DNA of 64,000 nt, taken from the IMG/VR virus record IMGVR_UViG_3300042898_001927; one strand, written 5' to 3'. This DNA comes from a virus. Taxonomy: Duplodnaviria; Heunggongvirae; Uroviricota; Caudoviricetes. The position numbers and the translations under genes were made by a program. This document shows, one piece after another, positions 26,740 to 35,354 of this stretch. The notes beneath the pieces are model-generated. The model searched no databases and was not told the origin of the DNA. It worked only from the letters and a program-made list of their open reading frames with translations. Each line of letters starts with the position of its first letter. The stretch's first letter is position 1.

Positions 26740-27210
26740 TTATCTAAACCGCATCAGTTTCTCAAAACCATTGAGGATTACTTTTTTGTGCTCTTCTTTC
26801 TTATGTTTGGCTATTTTAAATTTAGTAAACATAATATCTGCTCTGTCTAGGTTATTCGACTGAATATTTTTTTCAGCTATCTGTTTGTGCAGTTCTTCTT
26901 CAAACAGTGCATGTCCGTAACTCCGGTCTGCTGATAACAATACATCGTCAATGCACTTTCCTAAGGCAAGTCGATTGGCTAATAATGCAGCAGTTTGAGG
27001 AAGATTAATATGATCGATTACTATGTCATTACTGTAATCTAAAACTCGATAAAATCCAGTTTGAGATTTTTTAATTTTAAAATATCCTACTCGAATAGTA
27101 CCGTCTTCTGTTTTAGAAGGTACAATAATTCCTTGGCTCTTTAAACGGTCTTTGACATTTTGGCCAAGTTGTTTAACTCGTTGATAGATATCGTTAGGAG
27201 CTTGTTTCAT
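26740..27210 (-). CDS. Hypothetical protein
   Basis: ORF track, 156 aa. Confidence 0.5.
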   Translation of the reverse strand: MKQAPNDIYQRVKQLGQNVKDRLKSQGIIVPSKTEDGTIRVGYFKIKKSQTGFYRVLDYSNDIVIDHINLPQTAALLANRLALGKCIDDVLLSADRSYGHALFEEELHKQIAEKNIQSNNLDRADIMFTKFKIAKHKKEEHKKVILNGFEKLMRFR

Positions 27211-27403
27211 TTATGTTCTTTATCAGTGTTCGACTGTCTTTACTTATCGAGTAAATGCCTTTCCTGACAAGGTTCTGAGCAAGCCATTGATCATGCTCAC
27301 TCAATGCATTAATATTGACATGAGTGCTGTGGCTTTCTACAAATTGCTGTTCTTGATTTGTAAGAACAATACCAATGCCCGATATTAATTGTTCAATTTT
27401 CAT
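27194..27403 (-). CDS. Hypothetical protein
   Basis: ORF track, 69 aa, with operon-style overlaps. Confidence 0.4.
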   Translation of the reverse strand: MKIEQLISGIGIVLTNQEQQFVESHSTHVNINALSEHDQWLAQNLVRKGIYSISKDSRTLIKNINETSS

Positions 27404-27810
27404 ATGGCTCCTGGAACTGCCGGTTGCTGCCCCGGTGTAGATAACTTAGCCGCTGCTGGATTTTTACTTCCTATTGTTTTCATCAATCCTGCAATCTGTG
27501 TTGTTAGGCCAGGTTTTGCCACTACTGCTTTAGTGAATGCACCTAAAGTCTTTTCTTGATCTGGATTTAAGGGTTGCTTTTGTTGTACAGCAGTATATGC
27601 ATTAAGAAAGTCATCTACACTGTTAACATTGATTTGATTTTGTTTCAACAAATTTCCTAACTGGGCTGAATTAGGATCTTCCGGTGATTTCTCTGAAGCA
27701 CCAGGTGCCGGTGTCTGGGGGACAGGTTGGACTGGTTGATTTGTGGGCATGGAAGAAGACCCCACTGATCCTATTGATTGTTGTTCACTAATCAACTCTG
27801 CTATTCTCAT
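27400..27810 (-). CDS. Pro/Gln-rich hypothetical protein
   Basis: ORF track, 136 aa. Confidence 0.45.
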   Translation of the reverse strand: MRIAELISEQQSIGSVGSSSMPTNQPVQPVPQTPAPGASEKSPEDPNSAQLGNLLKQNQINVNSVDDFLNAYTAVQQKQPLNPDQEKTLGAFTKAVVAKPGLTTQIAGLMKTIGSKNPAAAKLSTPGQQPAVPGAI

Positions 27811-27811
27811 A

Positions 27812-28099
27812 TTATTTTCCTAAAATTTTTGAAACAATATCAAAATAACCTGCGACCCAACTTAATGCAGCAACTGCACCAAATATAATATAGGTCCATT
27901 TGGTCTTGAAGCCTTCGATATCTTTAATTTTATCTGCAAGCTGTGCATGTTGATCGCATGATGCACTATACATAGTATGCAACTGATCTTTGATATCGAG
28001 GTGACTAGATTTAACGTCAGCTCTGATATCGTCTATTTTTTCGTTGATCCCGTCTACTTTAGTTTCTAGAATACCAACTCTTTCTTGTACTGTTGCCAC
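27812..28099 (-). CDS. XhlA-like coiled-coil protein with a C-terminal TM helix (possible lysis-associated protein)
   Basis: 95 aa. The N-terminal heptad coiled coil is ILETKVDGINEKIDDIRADVKS. A single C-terminal TM helix (WTYIIFGAVAALSWVAGYF) is present. Confidence 0.4.
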   Translation of the reverse strand: MATVQERVGILETKVDGINEKIDDIRADVKSSHLDIKDQLHTMYSASCDQHAQLADKIKDIEGFKTKWTYIIFGAVAALSWVAGYFDIVSKILGK

Positions 28100-28136
28100 C
28101 GGTCTTGACCTCCATAGTTAATTGACCTAAATTAAT

Positions 28137-28562
28137 TTATATTGCTGCCGGAAGTGCCTTGATGATTGTATTTTTAGTTGACGGATTGTGCAATTCAAAA
28201 ATTGCTTGTTCTATATTTATAGTTTCTGATAACTTTTGGATAATTGGAACACCGTTGACATCTTCAATAAGAGACCCTAATTCGTTATCACCCGAAACAT
28301 ATACTCCGCTGCGGTCAGGACTAAACCTAAAGGTCCATACAGCATGTTTGCCCTTGTACTTTGTACCAAAGCCCATGTCTTTAATGTCGCTAACTTCTAG
28401 TATTGGACCTGTATCATAACTGATAATAGATCTAATTTCAACACACTGCTTTAGTGTAACAAAATTCCTATATTGATCGTGCTCAAGTTGGGTTCCTTGA
28501 TTTAGTCTAACAACTTTAGTGTCAGTAATATCTATTAATGTTTTGATTTCGATGATTTGCAT
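28137..28562 (-). CDS. Hypothetical protein
   Basis: ORF track, 141 aa. A late-like ATAAATAT element and a terminator hairpin lie upstream. Confidence 0.5.
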   Translation of the reverse strand: MQIIEIKTLIDITDTKVVRLNQGTQLEHDQYRNFVTLKQCVEIRSIISYDTGPILEVSDIKDMGFGTKYKGKHAVWTFRFSPDRSGVYVSGDNELGSLIEDVNGVPIIQKLSETINIEQAIFELHNPSTKNTIIKALPAAI

Positions 28563-28587
28563 AATGTACCTATATAATATATTTATG

Positions 28588-28622
28588 CCACAAAAAAAGG
28601 CCTTCCTAAGAAAGCCTTTTCA
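28588..28622 (-). terminator. Rho-independent terminator
   Basis: The hairpin is aaaggc-N12-gccttt. On the minus strand it is followed by a T7 run (plus-strand caaaaaaa at 28591-28598). It lies 15 nt after the stop of the gene 28636..29040. Confidence 0.55.
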
Positions 28623-28635
28623 CTTAATTTAAAAA

Positions 28636-29040
28636 TTAAATGTTTGTTGCAACACCAGCTACAACTGTTGTAGCAGTGTTAGCAACGGTTTGTAGCGAAC
28701 CAGTAGCTAGACCGGAAGCCTGTACTAGGTCTTCTAGGTGAGCAGCGAAAGTTTCGCTGTTTGTACCGTCCCAGAAATCTGTACCAAAGTTACCACCGAT
28801 AGCAGCGATACCGATAGAAATTTCAGTATTGCTGTTTTGTGGCTCACCGACGATTTCGATAGAGCAAACTTGTGCAATTGCGTCTAATGCAGCAACAACT
28901 GGTGAGCGAACACCGGCTGCTGTAGCACCTAGTTTTTCATGAATAGCACTTTGGAAAGTGAGTGTGAAAAACTGTAGTGTTGGGCCGTTCTTGAAAAGTG
29001 GTAGTACAACCTTTTCGTTCTTTTTTACTTGAGTAACCAT
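28636..29040 (-). CDS. Hypothetical protein (possibly abundant or structural)
   Basis: 134 aa, Ala/Gly/Thr-rich. It is followed directly by a strong terminator. Confidence 0.5.
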   Translation of the reverse strand: MVTQVKKNEKVVLPLFKNGPTLQFFTLTFQSAIHEKLGATAAGVRSPVVAALDAIAQVCSIEIVGEPQNSNTEISIGIAAIGGNFGTDFWDGTNSETFAAHLEDLVQASGLATGSLQTVANTATTVVAGVATNI

Positions 29041-29131
29041 TTTAAATCTCCTTGATCTTTTTTGAACTCCCCTATGGAGCTCGTTATGTTTTTATTTAGC
29101 CTCTTTGAAAAAAAATTACTCAAATAGCCAA

Positions 29132-29431
29132 TTAATCGTCATCTTTGACATTACCTTCAATCAATTTTAGCCCCTTAGCCGTCTCTTTACTATCACGCAA
29201 CTTGCGTATTCCTCTAGTAAACTTAGCAGGATCACCTGCTTTGATACTGTTTAGGAATCTTCTTTCGAGTTCGTATGCTTGCTCGGGTGGAAAGTTTTCT
29301 TTAATCGTGGTAAGAAGATTAATAGCACTGTTGATAACATGTGCTGCCCTGCTTTCAACAATGGCTTCACTGTCTTTTTTCAGTGTTACTGAATTAAGTT
29401 CTTCTAACAGGCTGCGTGTTGCTCGTTTCAA
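29132..29431 (-). CDS. Hypothetical protein (TTG start)
   Basis: ORF track, 99 aa. The start codon is TTG, with an AAGGA RBS 8 nt upstream. Confidence 0.4.
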   Translation of the reverse strand: MKRATRSLLEELNSVTLKKDSEAIVESRAAHVINSAINLLTTIKENFPPEQAYELERRFLNSIKAGDPAKFTRGIRKLRDSKETAKGLKLIEGNVKDDD

Positions 29432-29604
29432 GATAGTATCCTTTGTTTTATTTAGTTATAGTGTAGCATATTATTTGGTAAAATAAAAGTTAGTGTTTGC
29501 TCACTAGAGAAAAGTCTTTTGCGGCGGTGCAACATATGTTATACTAAATACAGTATCAGTAGAAACCATGAGATGATACTGATTACAACACACAGGAAAA
29601 CAAA

Positions 29605-29781
29605 ATGAAATACATATCAGAAAAAATGATCTCTATCATGGAACGATTAGCTGAAATGTTCCCAGGTAGCAGTTATCAAAGCCGCTTAGATGCGTATCTA
29701 AGCACCAAAGGCATTACCGATGCCGCTCAGTTGGAAAACTACATCCGACAATTTAATTCTCAAAAGGAAAGCTATCTATGA
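29605..29781 (+). CDS. Small hypothetical protein (58 aa, below the ORF-track cutoff)
   Basis: Hand translation gives MKYISEKMISIMERLAEMFPGSSYQSRLDAYLSTKGITDAAQLENYIRQFNSQKESYL. An AGGAAA RBS is present. It is the first gene of the plus-strand island downstream of an extended -10 element (TGTTATACT). Confidence 0.35.
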   Translation: MKYISEKMISIMERLAEMFPGSSYQSRLDAYLSTKGITDAAQLENYIRQFNSQKESYL

Positions 29782-29900
29782 AAAAATTACTAAACATTCT
29801 ATACGAAATTGGCCTAAGCATTGGTCAAGCTCGCGCCGCCGCCGCTATGGTTCGTGTAGGCATGCACAAAGAAGCACAGACATTACTGGCTGGCAAGTAA
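29778..29900 (+). CDS. Small hypothetical protein (40 aa)
   Basis: It has an ATGA overlap with the previous ORF and an AAGGAAA RBS. It encodes MKKLLNILYEIGLSIGQARAAAAMVRVGMHKEAQTLLAGK. Confidence 0.3.
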   Translation: MKKLLNILYEIGLSIGQARAAAAMVRVGMHKEAQTLLAGK

Positions 29901-30006
29901 TATTGTATTTTGTCAGATCGCTTTACAAAGCGTGACAAGGTCTATATAATAAATACTTAGGCAGTAATGATACTGCTTATACAAACATACACACAAGGAG
30001 AAAAAT

Positions 30007-30261
30007 ATGTTTTCAGCATTTGCACCATACTTCACGCTCGAAGCACAAATCGATGCGTTTCAAACTACCAAGCGTGGTTTAACAGATAAGATCATTACTG
30101 ATCCTACACTGAACAAGGCAGCACATCAATATATCGATGCTCAGACTACATTTGCCAAGATGTTGTCAAAGAACTTTGCTGATCTTGCCAAGTATTCCGT
30201 GGATTCTTTTGCCAACAAGGCATTTCCACAGACTAAAGAAAAAGCCACTACTAAGGCTTAA
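30007..30261 (+). CDS. Hypothetical protein
   Basis: 84 aa. An AAGGAG RBS lies 7 nt upstream within a conserved ACACAAGGAGAAA context. Confidence 0.5.
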   Translation: MFSAFAPYFTLEAQIDAFQTTKRGLTDKIITDPTLNKAAHQYIDAQTTFAKMLSKNFADLAKYSVDSFANKAFPQTKEKATTKA

Positions 30262-30282
30262 TACACACACAAGGAAAATACA

Positions 30283-30555
30283 ATGTCAAATTTTGAAACA
30301 CCAAAGCTACCAGAAGTAAAATTTAATAAGAACGGATACGAAATCCGCACAGACATCCTGGCCATGGCCAAAGACATGGTACAACAAGACTTTCAAGTCA
30401 AGTTTGCCGGTTGGGAAATGACTGCTGAGCGCGACGAAAAGACTGGCCAAATCGTTAGCAAGGTCAATATGCCAGAGTTTCCAGGACTTGAAAAAGTTCT
30501 AGAAACAGCTGAAAAGATGTACGGTTTTGTTAATGCTGGTGCTACTAGAAAATAA
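30283..30555 (+). CDS. Hypothetical protein
   Basis: 90 aa. An AAGGAAA RBS is present within the same ACACACAAGGAAA context. Confidence 0.5.
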   Translation: MSNFETPKLPEVKFNKNGYEIRTDILAMAKDMVQQDFQVKFAGWEMTAERDEKTGQIVSKVNMPEFPGLEKVLETAEKMYGFVNAGATRK

Positions 30556-30602
30556 TTTATTATAATAATATAGGGCATAGCCCACAATAATATATAGAAA
30601 AT

Positions 30603-30629
30603 AAAAAAGGACCTTTGGGTCCTTTTTTT
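30603..30629. terminator. Bidirectional rho-independent terminator between convergent genes
   Basis: The sequence is aaaaaa-ggacc-tttg-ggtcc-ttttttt. It has a GC stem flanked by an A-run and a T-run. It serves the plus-strand island (ending at 30555) and the minus-strand gene ending at 30628. Confidence 0.7.
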
Positions 30630-31032
30630 ATAGTGGCTTACTTTTTAAGTATTCTGGATAGCGTTTGTTGAAGTTACGCATAATAACTCCTGCTATTTCA
30701 TGTGCTTGATTCTCATGTGGGCTACCTGTTTCGCCACTGTTGTCCGTTAGCTCGCCCTGCTGATCTTGTTTGAAATGTACTAGTTCGTGTGCCACTGTTC
30801 TCAGTATATCTACAGGGTGACGATTCTTTAATGCAACTAACAGGGTATTCTCACCTGGCACATAGGCTCCAAAGCTAGGCTGTTCGCCTGTATTTAGATC
30901 TGGTGCAAACTGCATCTTGGGCAGTTGATCTATTTCAAGGATCTCCATAGCTAATGGTAGGAACTTTCGAAACATTTCCACAACATTGGCATTTTCTTCT
31001 GCGCCCTCAACGATAAACTGACGTGCTCTCAT
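30628..31032 (-). CDS. Putative minimal zinc metallopeptidase (HEXXH)
   Basis: 134 aa. The HEXXH motif is in TVAHELVHF, and a downstream HENQAHE supplies a possible third ligand. Confidence 0.45.
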   Translation of the reverse strand: MRARQFIVEGAEENANVVEMFRKFLPLAMEILEIDQLPKMQFAPDLNTGEQPSFGAYVPGENTLLVALKNRHPVDILRTVAHELVHFKQDQQGELTDNSGETGSPHENQAHEIAGVIMRNFNKRYPEYLKSKPL

Positions 31033-31040
31033 ATCAGTAT

Positions 31041-34000
31041 TTAGCGTCGAACAAAGTGATAATCTCCGTCGGGTCCATTGTTGCTAAAGATGCCCAAACA
31101 GTCAAAACCCTGTGTGTCCATGTAGGCGATTACAGCATCTTTTAAAGGAGCACCTTTATTGTATTCCACTACCTGTAGTTCTAGAATAACATGCTTCACT
31201 GTGGACAGTGTTTCTACAGCACCCCTTAGTACATCTAACTCTGCACCTTGCACATCCATTTTAATCATGTCCGGAGCAGGAAAGTTTTTAAGTCGGCGCA
31301 CAGCATCTAGAGTTACTGTCTTTAGCCTACGACGATGTGATTCGTTAAAGTAGTTGACTGTTTCTGGATTAACTTCTTCGTTTTCTTTGTAATAGCTGTT
31401 GCCGCCTGGATGAACATCATTTTGGTAGAAGTCAACTTCTTTACCGCTCTCGTCACTCAGCACACCCATGTGATATTTTAGCCCACGTTCTTTAAATAAG
31501 AACTCACTACTGTCCATAGCTTCAAAAACAACATATTCTGCTCGATCCCAAATACGTTGTGCTTCGTTGGTCCAATGTAGCACACATGCACCGATATCGT
31601 ATATAACCTTTGGTTCAAACCCTTGATTTTTTAGTTTAGCAAGATAATCTACATGATCACGTGGAATTAATCGCTGACTTCCTAGTTCTCTTAGTCTATC
31701 CTGAATGCTAAAAGGCTTTGCATCGGGCAGTGCAGGAATAGCCGTATCTACATTAAATGTAAAACTGCCAGTGTGGCTGCACAATACGCTAGGATCTGCC
31801 CAAATTTTAAAACCTCTATCTAATGCCTTGCGACAGAAATCTACATCTTCTGAAACAGTGTGTCTATGATCAACCGCACTATAATACTTAAACTGTGGAT
31901 AGCCTATTTCACGCATTACTTCTGCTTTGACTAAGGCACAACCAAAACCACACCCGGCAATTTCTACTAGGCTCCTGCCCTTTAATTTTTCGTAAGGCAT
32001 ATTGGTAACACCACCTTGAGCAGTGTGCTCATAGATTTCAAGAATGTGCAAGCCCGGCTTGCGCTGTATGTATAATCCGCTAACAACATCCTTGTCGTGC
32101 GCCAACAGCTTTAACAGTGTGTTAGGAGGAAAGCTGATATCGCTATCAACGCTGAACAAATAATCATATCCCTTAACTACCCAGTCGGCGATTAAGTTTC
32201 GTACTTGATCAATATTGTATCCGTAGAAGTATTGGAACGTTGCTTCGTAGCCCTCGGGGATGATCAAGTCATAGATACTTTTAAAAGTTTCCGGCTCAAT
32301 ATTACGAGCTGTCGGAATTGCTATGAGAATCTTTTTTTTAGATGGATTCATTTTTTTAATAATAGATTTAGCTGCTACGTTCTGTTCAATAGCATTTACT
32401 TTGTAATCGTTGAGTGGATTAACATCATTGTAATTATATACAATATCCTGCAGGCATTTAACTCGGGCAGGATTGGCTGATTCAATAAGGGCATAGAAAA
32501 TACTACCGTCACCTCCAGCTTTATACCATGCACCTGTTTCGTCCTGGAATAGGCTGTCGTCTAACTCGTCAATTAAATGTTTCTTAAAGGTACGTAGATG
32601 CGTGTATGGTAAGATCCAGTTGAAATGATGATTCCTATATTCTTTGCTGTTCTTTACGTGCTCAGGATAAGGCTGGCTAATCAATGGAATATTATCAACC
32701 ATTGACCAGCAACTGCCATAACTGAATTCTGTTGTGCCATCATAGACATTGTTATAGTAGCTAAACACAGTATTGTCATTTACTAGACTGTCGTCGCCAT
32801 CTAGAATCATAACAATAGCGTCGGGATCTTGTATAGATCTAAATGCATCTATTTGATTCTTTACAGCACCTACATTATTTTGATTTTCGATAACTTCGAA
32901 CTTATTTCGAATGTCAGCCGGATAGTGTGACAATGCAACATACAATGCTTCTAGTGTATTGTCAGTGCTGGCATCATCGACTAAGATACAGCGATAGTTA
33001 TCGTAGTCCTGTGCAGCAATGCTATCAATACATCTTGTAATATAGTTTGCACAGTTATAGAATGTACTGACAACAACAATAGGCTGTTCTGTCCCGGGCT
33101 TGTAATCTTCTAGCTCAACAGTATTGTGAAACTTGCGATTGTAAATTTTGTGCAGTCTATGATTGATCTTACTAACCGCACGATAGTCGTCTCTACGTAG
33201 ATAGCACCCTGTACGCTTGTAGAAGTGTTGCTTCCATTGCAGTGCTACACTATCCCATCCTGCAATATCTTTGACAATGTTACAATAGTATTGTTTCTGT
33301 TGATGCAGGTAAGGATTTCGATAGGCCTCTACGGCAGTCTTGACAAATTGTTCAATTTGATGCGGAACATTTATGTTAGGGAACAAACCGTTAGGTTCGA
33401 TAGCATAGTCGATTAGGTAACAGGCACCCGCTACTGCTATTTCTTCAAGTGCGCCAAATCTGCAGGTTACAATGGGAGTGTTGTAACAGAGACTTTCCAT
33501 TGATGAAATACCATAGGTCTCTGGGAATGCTGCTGGATACAGCATAAAGTTTGCCTGAGTTAGTATATCAGCGATTTCCTTCTGACTAATAACTCCGGTA
33601 AATTCTATACCCTGTGCTGCCAGCTGAGGATCGGCGGCCATGGCACGCCAATCTTTTTCTTGTTGGTCAGGTTCCGACCCTGTACTGAACCTATAGTAGC
33701 CGCCAATGACTTTTAATCGAGCTTCAGGTATGTGACGTTTAATATGCGGCCAGATCAGTTTAACTAAAGGGATCATTCCCTTAGTAACTGACGCATTGTA
33801 GACAAACAGATTCTTGTCTTTGGCGGCAATATCAACTTCTCGATTGTAGATGCGTACACCGTTACGAGTAATAAACATCTTACGCTTGAGTACTTCAAAG
33901 TTTCTGCGCTTCCCGTGATCGCAGTTAGCAACATAGGTCAAGTGAAAATCACTTAGTGTAAAAATGTCTGTAATTCTATCGGCAATTGCAAGTTCTTCAA

Positions 34001-34409
34001 TTAGGTTATCACCTAGACAAAATGTGTCATGCATCCACAATACACGCATACGTGCTCTACTGATAATCCTATCATAAAGATTCATAGGAGCGAACGGTGT
34101 GCTCCTATAGTCATTTAATTTTGGATAGTCTGCAGGGTCAGTAAATGGGATGATTGTGCGTGAGCTGATAACAATATCAAACTCGTGATCCTGTGCTAGA
34201 TCTGTAAGTGGGCGATATGTTACTTGATCGTATGTGCCCGGCAGTGCATGGTCAATATTACAGTTATTGAAAACTGTAACATCAAACCCAATTTGAGCAA
34301 GTTCTCTGCTCATTAGGATAACAGCACTTTCGCTGCCACCCAAGCCCTGTTTGAAAACGGTTGTACCGTCATATGGAATACCAATAATGTCTATAATAGC
34401 TAGTTTCAT
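31041..34409 (-). CDS. Four-domain glycan-modifying enzyme: GT4-like + GT2 + second GT-A + FkbM-family methyltransferase
   Basis: 1122 aa. The GT4-type EX7E motif is ETYGISSMESLCYNTPIV. The GT2 block is VVVSTFYNCANYI...ILVDDASTDNT...ILDGDDS. A second DXD domain is FSVDSDISF. The C-terminal FkbM MTase motif is MIKMDVQGAELDVLRGA. Confidence 0.8.
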   Translation of the reverse strand: MKLAIIDIIGIPYDGTTVFKQGLGGSESAVILMSRELAQIGFDVTVFNNCNIDHALPGTYDQVTYRPLTDLAQDHEFDIVISSRTIIPFTDPADYPKLNDYRSTPFAPMNLYDRIISRARMRVLWMHDTFCLGDNLIEELAIADRITDIFTLSDFHLTYVANCDHGKRRNFEVLKRKMFITRNGVRIYNREVDIAAKDKNLFVYNASVTKGMIPLVKLIWPHIKRHIPEARLKVIGGYYRFSTGSEPDQQEKDWRAMAADPQLAAQGIEFTGVISQKEIADILTQANFMLYPAAFPETYGISSMESLCYNTPIVTCRFGALEEIAVAGACYLIDYAIEPNGLFPNINVPHQIEQFVKTAVEAYRNPYLHQQKQYYCNIVKDIAGWDSVALQWKQHFYKRTGCYLRRDDYRAVSKINHRLHKIYNRKFHNTVELEDYKPGTEQPIVVVSTFYNCANYITRCIDSIAAQDYDNYRCILVDDASTDNTLEALYVALSHYPADIRNKFEVIENQNNVGAVKNQIDAFRSIQDPDAIVMILDGDDSLVNDNTVFSYYNNVYDGTTEFSYGSCWSMVDNIPLISQPYPEHVKNSKEYRNHHFNWILPYTHLRTFKKHLIDELDDSLFQDETGAWYKAGGDGSIFYALIESANPARVKCLQDIVYNYNDVNPLNDYKVNAIEQNVAAKSIIKKMNPSKKKILIAIPTARNIEPETFKSIYDLIIPEGYEATFQYFYGYNIDQVRNLIADWVVKGYDYLFSVDSDISFPPNTLLKLLAHDKDVVSGLYIQRKPGLHILEIYEHTAQGGVTNMPYEKLKGRSLVEIAGCGFGCALVKAEVMREIGYPQFKYYSAVDHRHTVSEDVDFCRKALDRGFKIWADPSVLCSHTGSFTFNVDTAIPALPDAKPFSIQDRLRELGSQRLIPRDHVDYLAKLKNQGFEPKVIYDIGACVLHWTNEAQRIWDRAEYVVFEAMDSSEFLFKERGLKYHMGVLSDESGKEVDFYQNDVHPGGNSYYKENEEVNPETVNYFNESHRRRLKTVTLDAVRRLKNFPAPDMIKMDVQGAELDVLRGAVETLSTVKHVILELQVVEYNKGAPLKDAVIAYMDTQGFDCLGIFSNNGPDGDYHFVRR

Positions 34410-34443
34410 GCTATTAATTATACACTCTTTGTCTGTGAATTAG

Positions 34444-35352
34444 TTAGTTCTGAAATAATATAGTACCCGAACCGGTAAAAGTATAAACAAAATTACTATT
34501 GACTGTAGACAATGATACCGTTCCAGTTACTACAGCTGGGTTGAATGTTATTGGATACCTTATAATAATTATACCAGATCCACCAGCTAGATTGTTGCCT
34601 CCTCCTCCCTGGCCGCCAGCGCCTCCTCCTGTGTTTGGATCTCCGGCTGTGGGAATGCCACCGGGGGCACTGCCCTCGCTGCCCCAACCGCCGCCACCTA
34701 ATGCTTTTGTAGTCTCGCCGCCACCTTGACCATTCGCCCTACCATACCCCCCACCGCCACCATAATAAAGGGCAGTACCTGAAATATCAAATTCTATGCC
34801 ATTCCATCCATCAGTTCCAGCGCCGCCGCCTCGGGCAGCTGAAAGGAAGTTACCACCGGTAAATCCAGATCCTCCAAATCCTCCCCATATACTACTTGGT
34901 TGTAACGCGGAACCGCCTACTCCGCCTGTACCGCCACCGCCACCGCCTGATCCTCCGTTAGAACCAGCTCCGCCGGCGGCAGCGCCACCGCGTCCGCCAC
35001 CCAATGCTTGAACAAGAACATCAGAATTTGAAGTCCTAACTAAACTACTATCACTGCCATTTGCACCTGCAGTTCCTGCACCTACAATCACAGTATAAAG
35101 GTCAACGTCAAAGCCCGATACAACATTTAAATTACCATAATATACACCACCTGCGCCACCACCACCGGTAACTCCTGTGACACTGCCGCCACCTGCTGCA
35201 ACTACAAGGCATTCGATTATAAATGGAGTTTTTGGCCAATTACTATCTTGTCTAGCTTGCAAAACTTCCCAAGGTTTCCATACACCCTGTGCTTCAGAAA
35301 GGCTAGGTACATATTCTGTTGTTTCTATAATATTTCTTGGGTTATTAGACAT
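34444..35352 (-). CDS. Glycine-rich repeat structural protein
   Basis: 302 aa with GGGxGG runs. The C-terminal GGSGIIIIRYP motif is shared with the other Gly-rich proteins here. Confidence 0.6.
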   Translation of the reverse strand: MSNNPRNIIETTEYVPSLSEAQGVWKPWEVLQARQDSNWPKTPFIIECLVVAAGGGSVTGVTGGGGAGGVYYGNLNVVSGFDVDLYTVIVGAGTAGANGSDSSLVRTSNSDVLVQALGGGRGGAAAGGAGSNGGSGGGGGGTGGVGGSALQPSSIWGGFGGSGFTGGNFLSAARGGGAGTDGWNGIEFDISGTALYYGGGGGYGRANGQGGGETTKALGGGGWGSEGSAPGGIPTAGDPNTGGGAGGQGGGGNNLAGGSGIIIIRYPITFNPAVVTGTVSLSTVNSNFVYTFTGSGTILFQN

Positions 35353-35354
35353 GA

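Noticed and set aside
29720-29935. 71-aa plus-strand ORF from the track in the small-gene island
   Set aside because: It has Arg-rich junk composition and no RBS. The two other frames carry RBS-preceded, compositionally normal small ORFs (29605..29781, 29778..29900).
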